64,000 nt of DNA from Eledone cirrhosa (Eukaryota): assembly GCA_964016885.1 (NCBI GenBank), contig OZ024745.1, positions 40,858,001 through 40,922,000 of the forward strand, in the 5' to 3' direction. This document shows, piece by piece, positions 53,325-64,000 of the stretch (positions within the stretch are counted from its first letter, which is position 1; every line of letters begins with the position of its first letter). Below the pieces are notes generated by a model. The model saw only the letters and a list, made by a program, of their open reading frames with translations, was not told the origin of the DNA and searched no databases. The position numbers and the translations under genes are program-made.

Positions 53325-56156
53325 GTATATATGGTACAGCAAAATCGTGTCAATCACTATCCTAGCCAATTCTTCCTGGTGTTAATCAGTGGCAAATTAT
53401 AATTACGGGATTCAGAAGTGAGGTGGCAAAAATTGGACAAAATAACCAGAGCAATTAACAATAGTTCGATATGATCAATGACTTAACGATCATCAAATTA
53501 TCTAATACAGATCATAATTATTGATATATCCCAAAAATCAATTATGGTCATCAACAAAAATTAATACATCTAATATTAAACAAATGATTTTCGTCAGTTA
53601 ATAGACAAATTTTCCGTCAGTAAATAGACAGAAAGCAACGCTGTTAAATACACAAAATATCGCCGGTTTCACGACAAGCCGGATTGTTAATAACTATGTA
53701 AATACGTGTATATTCCGACAGTCAGTTATAACACCAGGAACCAACAATGGATCTCCAGTGGGTTTTGTCCAGTAAAACAACAACGGGAAAAATGAGACAT
53801 TTTTTTCCGTTATATAAACCATGCTGGAATCCACCAGCTCTCCTTTGTGTATCTGCTAACACAACGAAGGTAGTAGTATTTCCGTGTCGTTCAAAAGAGG
53901 GGAGGAGAAATACACTCGCCTTAAACAGAAAGCACTCAGAGTGGGAATTTGAGATTAAATTTAAATTTAAGTACGAAATCCAGGAGTTAAAATATTGATA
54001 GGTTGACGAAATCACAATACCATATATTTATACTTCGAGATTGTATGATTTATTTCAAAACATAAGTTGTAATAGATGTTATACTTTGATGCTGCCAATA
54101 AACACAGAAGCACCTGTTGACTTCCACTTTGATGTCTTCCAAATGTCCATATGGTTGGTTTAAAAACCGGGTTGTTGTTTATTTATTGTCAAAGCTCTTT
54201 CGTCCAAATTTTGTGATCTCCTCAGTGACTAATTTATTTTGTGTCTCTCCATTGATCCGTTCTAAGTCACTTTTTTTGTTGTATGCATTGTCAACACATG
54301 TGTACGGTACATGAAGTAACCAGTATAGTAGAGAGTCCTTTAGCACTGATATATATAGATTGAAATGTTAATAATGCGTAAGCAATTAATAATACGCAAC
54401 ACATCTTGGGCAACGAATAAAACCTGTCAAACTGTCCCAATTATTTGATATAACGTTCAGTTCAATGGGATTTAGAATCTAGTATTTCTATGCTAAACAT
54501 CGTCACCTTTACACATGAATAATGGCATAGTGATACACACACATAGTCTTACATATATTTGTGTGTGAATGTATCCATGTGCGTCTCTCTCTCTCTATAT
54601 ATATATATGTGGGAGATATGTGTGAGTGTATATATATATATATATATATATATGAGTGTTTAGATCTCGTTGTTTACAATCTGCTAATCAAATTCATTTG
54701 GAACATACGTATAGCATAATAAACGAATAATTTTTAAATTCCGTGCAATGTAATTCTCATCGGCCTGCAGTCCGTTTAGTGGTTTCCGAAAATCGACTTT
54801 ACTACGTAATTTTCAAGTCAAATCCGGTATCCCACGTGTGTGATTAACTTCTAGACGGTCAGCAATTGAGAGCTCTCAGTGGCAGATTCACTAGTGCTGT
54901 TTAATATAATGTTTAATATAACAACATGACTTCACCAATATTGAGCACTCGACCATAATTAAACAAGAAATGTTGGGAGATAATTATAATAATAAGGTTC
55001 CAGATCGATATCCAGTGATTTCGATCTCGATGTTTAAAATTTTCTCATTTTGAGCACAATACATATAAACACATTTATTCTTAATGAATCAACACTAATA
55101 TCGGATTGCGACTGAAAGTTGGTTGAGCCAATGATATGGTAATTTTATATTTATATAATAATAAAATATAGTATTTTATGCAGCAGCATATTATTAGTTC
55201 CGTCTTTTTGTATCGTATGTATTATCTATCAAGAAAAAAAAAATAGACGAATAGATATTTAGATTAGAGTAATTTTCTTTAGAAAACGATGTAGTATTAT
55301 AAGAAAATTAGAATTTAACTGAATTGGCAAGTCTAATTCGGATAATGTGTAGTCACGATTGACGTAATTCATTAAATATCAATATTAATGCACAAAACAA
55401 CGTATAGTGGAATGTGTAAAATCATGTTTAATGTAGATATTTGTAAATTTTATGCGCCTTACTTTGAAAATTTTGAGAAAGTTTCACGAATATTAGAATG
55501 ATCATTTCAAGAAATTTCTAATATATGCTCTGACATTCATAAATATTTTAATTAACCTTTAATCAAGATTATACCAGTGAAGCAATGCAAAAGACCAGCC
55601 GTGGTTAAAACTTTTAATTAATGTTTATGGCTAACAGTTTTAGAAAAACGCTGAATCAACTTCATTAAAAACTCAGATAAGATATTTTGCAGTATTCGTA
55701 TACGCTCCCTGCTCTTCATATTCAAATCCTGCCGGGTTAAACTTTGTGTTTGATTTTTCTAAGTCGTTGATAAAGATATGCAAATCCATTATGGGGTTAA
55801 CCCCCCCCCCCCCCCCACCATCTCTAAGTGAGTGGCTGTGTGTTTAGACATGGAGACGTGGAGATCTTTCCCGCCAGGTTGAAATGCCCAATGTTTATAT
55901 CTCGTATATATCATCAGTTAAGGTTCCATGCCATGCCAACAGACTAAAATAAGTCCAGCATACACTCACACACACACAGACATTCACACACACACACACA
56001 TAGATAAATAGAGAGAGAGAAAGAGAGAACGAGAGTGTGTGTTGTGTATAGGCATGCGAGTATGTGTTTTGTGCTTAAGTATTATATGTGCACAGGCATT
56101 TAGAATTTTGTAAGTACGTGTTTCAAAGAATGGGATTATGTGACTTGGTAAATAAT

Positions 56157-56331
56157 TGTTTCTACTTTAGGCACAAGGCCAGCAATTACCCAGTGCATTA
56201 CTGGTACTTTATTTTATCGACCCTGTAAGGATGAAAGGCAAAGTCAACCTCGGCGGGATTTGAACTCAGATCATAAAGGGACGTAACTATGCTGGAAAGC
56301 ATGGCGTCCGACCCTCTACCGATACTGCCAA
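56157..56331 (-). mobile_element. tRNA-derived SINE with 12-bp target-site duplication
   Basis: ttggtaaataat at 56145-56156 and 56332-56343. Confidence 0.92.
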
Positions 56332-56540
56332 TTGGTAAATAATATATAGCAATATCGATGAAACAGAAATAACGGATACAAATTTATATATTTGCGCTCA
56401 CACACATTTCTAAACAATTGTATCATATATACGTATATATATATATATATGCTTGTGTGTGTTGTTTTTATATGAGTGCGTATATTCTACTGTTCTCATC
56501 CCCACCGCCTCTCTCTCTCTATATATATATACATATATAA

Positions 56541-56621
<81 letters not shown>

Positions 56622-57891
56622 AACATACACGTACAATGAAAGAGAGAGATAGCGAGACAGAAAGAAAATTAGACATACAGAAAGATATTGAGTCAGAAAA
56701 TGTTCACTACCTTCAACTGTGTTGTCTCAAAACTTGATTTAGTCATTTAGTAAATTCTGTAGAGAAACGAGATTTGATTAAATAAAAGCTGATTTCTAGA
56801 ATTCTGGCCGGAGATATAACGAAATATTGTTTATAAAATGAGGCAGTAAACAGAGGAAACTATGGTATTATTAGGTCCTTTGATCTACAAAGAAGTTTGG
56901 AAATGATTTACAAATTTCAGTTGAAAGTGACGTTTAGATTATTTGTGTATTTTCGATTTACTGTTGTTGTTATCGTTCTGCAGTTTTACTTGAAATTAGG
57001 CAAGATGCAAGACAAGACTAGAAGTAAAAACAACACAAATGTGAAAATGAAAACAAATAAATAATAGATATAACTAGAAAGCAAAAGAATCATTTTGATT
57101 ATCGTCACCAGAATTGAATTATACTGAGATTTAGTTATAGTGAAGTAGTGCAGGCGAAACTGGGAGATTTTGAAGTAAGATAAAGTATAATGATACAACT
57201 GATCTTCTTAACAAAGAGTTATATTACTTGATGTCTATCAACTCTAATGAAGGTATTCGCCAACGTCTACTTCTTTGTTGATGCTGGCTTTATTTTCAGT
57301 TTTCTTTTTATTTTCGCTTCTTTCAATTTGCGAAATGCAGCACGGACATGTGAGAAATTTGTTGAAAAATCTGTCAGAGTGTAACGAATCGTAACGGTCT
57401 GTTAATGATCCTGTTAAGCTACTTTTCTGAGGCAACTCTACATATCATTCTGCACTTTAATCATCTTTGTCATTAACAAGCAACGAATTCTAGTGAGAAA
57501 CATACACTCAATGTCCATTGTTACGCTGGACGTATAAATTGCTTTAAAACGTAAAACCACTTTAGAATTTATTCAAGTAGAAAGCGCCAATTTGTAAATG
57601 ATGAAGCAAGTAGACCTCCGACCATTTTTATTTCATAGTCGTAAAACTTTATCATATTCTGTCACTGAGAACTAATTTAGTACTTTATGTTCCAATATAA
57701 ACAGGTGCGACGAGAAATTTAGCCAACTGGGAAAGGAAACATGAAAACATATATTGACCAATAACTGGTTCAATCAGAGACACTAATCAGGTATTACCGC
57801 GGAGCAAATGATTTTCTTGGTATACAGACCTTAATGCTTGAGTACACTTATTTTTTTCTGTTAGTATATGACTGAGATAATTTATAGTTTG

Positions 57892-59017
57892 ACTAGCAGA
57901 GGTACGTGGCGTTGCTCGGGTATTAAATAGCAGTTATCTATACCATTTATGTCAGTGCTGCTTCGAAAACTATACTTTTACAAAATCATCGGCTTTTTCC
58001 AAAAGGGGGGTTCCTGCCCCCAGGCGTCCCCTACTCAATATGTGCCAATTCTGAGAGTTCACATTCATCTGTAGAACAAACCTAGCCCATGTGTCAAGTT
58101 TTGTGAAAATCGGTTGCGAACTCCAGAAGTTATGACGTTTTTTCGCATTGCACTGCAGCGCTTCAGTCGACTCCAAGGATGTGGTTAAAGGGGGTTATCT
58201 GCCGGGGGGCGCTATAATCAATATCTGGAAAAATGAAAGTGCCCATGACCATCCGGAGTACATAAGTAACCTATGTCTTCAGTTTGGTGAAAATACTGTA
58301 GAAATGCATAAGCTTTACACACGCGCGCGCGGCGCACGTGTGTGTGTGTTTGTATATATTTGTGTGTGCGTATGTATGTGTATGTTCGTCGGCGCATACG
58401 TATGTACTGGCCTAAATCTTCACTATTTACTTTTACTATGTTAAGGCAAAGTTAAAATCCCGTCGAGGTTAACTTTGCCTTTCATCCTTACGGGGTCGAT
58501 AAAATAAAGTACCAGTAATGTACTGGGTAATTTCTGGCCTTGTGCCAAAAGTAGAAACAACTATTTTAATAACCTGTCATTTTCGTTTACAATTTTATTT
58601 ATATCATTCTTAAACTCCGGGGCTGGAAATCATTCGGTTATTTTAAATAGAATATTAGTCTAACTACTCCATTTACACCATAAACTTGGTCTTGTCTTTG
58701 CATGAAAGTGTTCTTCTCGGTCCAGCGCGTCGTCTATACGTAACATAAATAGTTAACCAAATGACGGCATAAAAGGAAAATAACTCGTCTCTCATCTCTA
58801 TTTATACATTTGAACTCAATAATCAATACATTACAAATTTGCTTTTTGCACTTGGCGTGGGTCGATTTGAAATTTTTTTTTACCGATGTCTCCGCCGGAC
58901 CTTCATCTATGAGTGTAGCAATTTCACCGAAATTTGAACGTACGGTTTAGGAGGAGATATGTGCCGACGGTTTTAGTAGACAGACAGACAGACAACCTCA
59001 GTTTTATATATAGAGAT
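57892..59017. mobile_element. Non-autonomous Helentron-associated (HINE/DINE-1-like) element
   Basis: Starts actagcagaggtacgtggcgttgctcggg; ends (agac)n..ttttatatatagagat; internal tgtcaagttttgtgaaaatcgg motif. Confidence 0.65.
58456..58560 (+). mobile_element. 5'-truncated SINE nested in the HINE-like element
   Basis: 3' part of the SINE consensus. Confidence 0.85.
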
Positions 59018-61182
59018 TTACGGATATGACTTTCGGACCTATTTTCAAACAGACGTTGATTGTCGGGACGTTGACCTTGGAGTTATGTGAACAGAGAATG
59101 CAGAGTGTCGGGAAAGATACCAAGACATTTAATCGGACGCTGTATTGTGCCTGTCCAATCGCTGTCCCATATGTAACTACTGCAAATAACTAGTTTTCCA
59201 TACAAGTGTGATGGCGAGCCAATGAGAGTGGGTGACTTGGAAAAATATAAATAGCAGCCAATACACATTTCCCTCGGAATTCACTGTGTCGTCTTGGAGA
59301 CGGAGGTGTAAATTGAATAAAATGGTCTTAGACACTCATGGACTGAGGGAAAAACAGAATCTTCATAAATAACACCATTAGATTATAATTCGTCTCATTC
59401 AGCACTAATCTGGGTTAAATAGTGACAAAAAAAAACAAACAAAATAATTCTCTTACACCAGGAAATGAAACGACCACTAATTATGACAGTAATCTGTACT
59501 TCATCATACTTGCTTTAGCTTCGGACACAGATCTTTGTCAATCACAATATATGAAGCAATCACACCTCTACTTACATTCTGACAATCTGTCGACTTGCCC
59601 AACGTTGTATCTACTTGTTGTATAGCCAAGCGTTAAATTTAGCAACTTGGATCTTTGCCTTGTTAACCGTCCGCATGATAATATGTATCTCTAATTCAAC
59701 AGAGGCTATGAAAGCATCATTTAAAATCTCAGTTTTTCACCAACAATTATTTGGCAGTGCTGAGTACATATAATTATCTAGCAGGAAGCCATTATCTAAT
59801 AATATAAAACACCTACGTTTCTCTTATTGTTTGTTTCTTTTTTAAGACTCGAGAATGTTTAAGATATTATTTCAACATTCGTAGGCACGGTGTGCATGAA
59901 ATAATAATTACCAATGCATTTGTAAAATATTTGTGTATGATACGGGTAATAACCTAGACAGGGGCTTCCTAAACTATGTTGTGCGGAACCTTTTAATTGC
60001 AGAACCCGTGGAAAAGTGTGTATGTTCTACGGATAATCTGCGTCACCCTAATATAGCACTAAATAAAACAGATTATGTGTTAGACAGTGAATGTTTTCAT
60101 ATAAACAAAATTTGGAATTCATTTATATTTTATTTTATTGAAAGTGACTATGTGACGCGGGATTTGAAACCCAGTACTTCTGCAGAAACCATAGGGTAAT
60201 GGAAAGCAAACACAGATTAAGCAGTCGGATATTACGAACAAAATCATATGGAAATGTTGAAAAGATTATAACTGATAGAAAATAGATCAAAAGAAAATGA
60301 ATTAAATAGGCGTCAATTTAGGCAGCATAGATAGGCTGGCCATTTCATAATTAATAACACATCAGGGCGAAGAAAAGGAATAGGGTTTCTGAGAATTTGA
60401 TTACAAACATCTTTAAATCATATTAGTTATGTGATGAATTTGTCTTGGTGTTTTCATAGGAAAATATAGAAGCCATACCTTAGGTTTAAGCAATTGTAAA
60501 GGTCATATAGACCTGACATCATTTTTATCTCATGTCTACAAATAGCTTGGAGTAAAGTCATACTTCAAGAGAAATAACCTCAATTCATGCTTCAGAAATG
60601 TCAACATATTAATATATTCGATTCAACATCAATTATTTAATGAAATACCCCCATTTCTCCGTCATAAACACAGTAGTATAAGCGTCATTCCTAGTACGGT
60701 TTAATGGGAGAAAGCATAGGATGGAAGGAAATAAAATTAGATTTGCTTCCAGAGGAAAAATCATCGAGAAATGAGAAACGAATGGGCACTATTCAGTATC
60801 TTTTTATAACATTCTTCATGAATTATATTTGAAAAAATATTATTAGTGCCATTAAGCTAAGAAACTATGACTTATAAATGCCATATGACTTACAGCATCG
60901 AGAAGATATTTTTAGAATGTTTTACATTTAGTCACGTAATAGAGCTAGAGAATTTCATTGCACACATAGTTGTGAATACGATGGCGTGTTTTGCAAATGA
61001 CTATGTAAATTATTGCTATTAGAAATCTATAAAATCCATTTTTCTTACTGAAATTTCTACTGAGTAGCTAGCACCAAATAGAATAAAATACAATGCACTG
61101 ATATATTTCGGGTACTAATCTCAAAAGTATATATTAAACAACCGGATAGATTTGATTATAAACATAAGCACTTCTTCTTCTC

Positions 61183-61418
61183 AGTACCGTAGTTTCTTCG
61201 CTCACTCGATGGAGAAAGGATGAGGCCGTCGGTGAGTGGTGGTTCATTTATCTGGTGCGAAGCGTGCGGTGCATGTCGTGTGCACCTTGACGGGTACCGT
61301 CACAACAGATACGCGACCGTTTGTCGACAACAGTGTCTGTCGGGGAGTTTGACAGAAGCAGTACTTCTGTCCAAGGGTAATGTAGGTGTCTGAAGTTGAG
61401 TTCTACGTGGACGGAAAC
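61183..61418 (+). pseudogene. Decayed 28S rRNA fragment
   Basis: acagtgtctgtcggggagtttgacagaagcagtacttctgtccaagggtaatgtaggtgtc...ggacggaaac aligns by eye to conserved LSU GACAGTGCCAGGTGGGGAGTTTGACTGGGGCGGTACACCTGTCAAACGGTAACGCAGGTGTC...GGACAGAAAC. Confidence 0.8.
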
Positions 61419-63692
61419 ATAAAGAAAATAATATATTTATTCACACATGGTATGACGTAGAAGAGTGATAAAACAACCTGCACCTGTTATATAGGGGACA
61501 TTCGCATTAAATGACACCGAATGAGTTACTACATTAAATTTTGATGAAAATGATTCCAGAATATATGCATTGTAAAAGTGGTTAGGATGTTTTACGATAA
61601 ATATATAAATATATGTAACTGAAAGGTAGACATCAATATATTATAGAAGCTCCTACCGAAGTCGAGAGGTTATCTGGTGTACCATGGTTTCAAAGCACAT
61701 CCTCGTTAAATGTGATATACATGCGTATGGTAATTCAAATAACTAATTTATTCATTCGACGGAAGCGATGGTGCGCCAACCATTATGACAGAAAGAAGGC
61801 CTCCCATACACATGATGAAAACAACACCCATATAAGTCATTTCAGATGCAGAAATAACCCAACTCACATTAAAGTTTAATATTTGAGCCAATGTGTTAAC
61901 GACGAGGGTGACGCTTGTCATCGGTGGTCGGGTACGGGAGGCGCAAACATGAGTCATCCCGAACATATCTATCCACGACAACCTCATGCGATACATCATA
62001 GATTGGGTAGCTAAGGTACCTGTGGGTAGCTAAAAAATGAGTGGGACCCTGATCAACTTATAACAATCGAAAGCTTTCTATCGGATCGACCATTTTTACC
62101 TGGCGGCGGTCATCAAGACAGTCAGCTTCGGGCCCGTTTTCAGAGGTTGGATTGCTGCAGTGCACAACGACATCTGCCCATTAGTTAATGTGAATGAATA
62201 CCTCTCATCTCTTTTCTATGTATTTACTCTGTAGTTATTTCTAAACACGGTCTGGAATTATTATTGATACTTTCCGATATAGGTTTTCTGATGTCATTAG
62301 GACCGTTAGTTGTCATTTTACGTTTGGCTACAGCCACAGAATCTCCGTCAGCGGCTTTCATTTCCATCCCTTTGCGTACTATGGGAACAAACCACCATGC
62401 ATCTTTCAGAATCTCCACACGAAGTTGAAAAATTGAAGCATGAGAAATTAAAAGATTTATTCAAAAAGTGAGTAGGACATCGAGACGATATATAATTCGG
62501 CGTAGAAGATGGCAACAACTTTGGTACGGAGAAGAGCCATTGACACCCACTGTATCAGTCACTCCACCTCACGGAACCCCTCCCTCTCACGAGATATGCT
62601 CCTTTCAATTTTGCCGGGAAAATTGTTGGCGGTAACGAAAGAGTCTGATATCTCCGTCCTAATGTTTCCCATGAAATACGTGACTTTCATCGGAAAAATT
62701 TCCAAAGATTTGAATGTCTTTTAGAGAACCACCTCTTTTTACATATTTTACCTTCCAGCATTATTCCTCTCATCTTAATATTATTTTGCATTAAGTTGTA
62801 TTCTGTGTTTCTTTTTCGAATTGTTCTTCACTACTTTTCTTCAGCTAACGAATGGAGAACTCACCTGTTTTGGTATTCAATATTGTATGGCGCTGATTTT
62901 TCCCTCCACTCATTCAATGTGGTCGTGATTGTTAAGTGGCACAGTCTAATGGCATCAAACATAGTTTCCTCCCTATATATTGAGTAAATTACGATGTTCC
63001 GGGTATTGATATTCTGGTGTGCTTCTACTAAAATAATTTCTTAGAAGACATTTTTAAATATAGGAATTGTTTGCCGTCGTTGTTTAAGGGATGCGATTCC
63101 CTTGGCGCCCATTGATTGATCGTGTAATGATCATTTCACTTAGAATTTCTACAATCTTGATTCTGCTAATTTTATTGTATTTTGTGTTTGACGTCAAGAG
63201 TATACTGTTGTTTGGGCCTTCTTCTTCGCGTAATTTCGAGTTAAATAAATAATAAAATGATAAAATCGCCTCGCGCAAATAGGAAAAGAATATAAATATA
63301 ATTATAGAAGATAGAAGGAAAGAGTAGAAAATGAAATTCTCATTCTCGTTACAGGTAAAAAAGAATGTAAACAACAAACACAACCACCAGCACTGCCATC
63401 TAAACATTTCTAACGGTAATAACAACAACCACAGCAATAACAACAATACGAACAAATACAAAAATAACAGCAGTGAGAACAACACAGCAACTACCACTCT
63501 CAACCTCAATGCTGCGAACGGTAACAACAACAACATCAATAGAGTCGCTACCACCACCATGACCAAAGCAGCTGATGATGATAACAACAACAAAACAACA
63601 TCAGTAAAAGCAACATAGCAAACATGAAGACATCCCCAATGCCACGGACGGTGGAGACAACAATATCAATTAAAACAACAACAAAAGCAAGA

Positions 63693-63765
63693 GGTAGTAG
63701 TAGTAGTAGTAGCAGCAACAGCAGCAACAGTAGTAGAAGGTATAAGTAGTAGTAATAGTAGTAAC

Positions 63766-63816
<51 letters not shown>

Positions 63817-63904
63817 CGTAGTAGTAGTAGTAGCAGCAGCAGCAACAGCAACAGCAGCAACAGTAGTAGAAGGTATAAGTAGTAGTAGTAGTAGTAGTAG
63901 TAGC

Positions 63905-63935
<31 letters not shown>

Positions 63936-63943
63936 ACAGCTGC

Positions 63944-64000
<57 letters not shown>
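63693..64000. repeat. (GTA)n/(GCA)n microsatellite
   Basis: Visible trinucleotide runs to the window end. Confidence 0.96.

Overview
Repeat-dense, AT-rich eukaryotic DNA with no securely identifiable host gene. The tRNA-derived SINE family, long (TA)n/(CA)n tracts and Penelope-like elements suggest an octopod cephalopod, which is an inference. Contents: a near-intact Penelope-like retroelement (PLE: RT, GIY-YIG, hammerhead) at 3.3-6.2 kb; a 17-37 kb cluster of nested, often inverted PLE 3' ends inside (TA)n tracts; decayed RTE and Tx1/L1-type LINEs; SINEs; a Helentron-associated non-autonomous element; a decayed 28S rRNA fragment; and a 200-N gap. By eye I find about 9 unrelated families of full, degenerate or half type-I hammerhead ribozymes (HHRs). 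Three signals stand out. (1) A gap-free 110-bp hairpin in a PLE 3' region has 28 G.U pairs and only 2 true mismatches, consistent with ADAR A-to-I hyper-editing fixed in DNA by retrotransposition, apparently over a hammerhead. (2) A 469-bp non-coding tandem unit is bounded by two perfect minimal HHRs (retrozyme-like). (3) Several fold-back insertions turn at the apex of HHR stem II, suggesting ribozyme-hairpin self-priming. All structures and alignments were done by hand and need computational confirmation.
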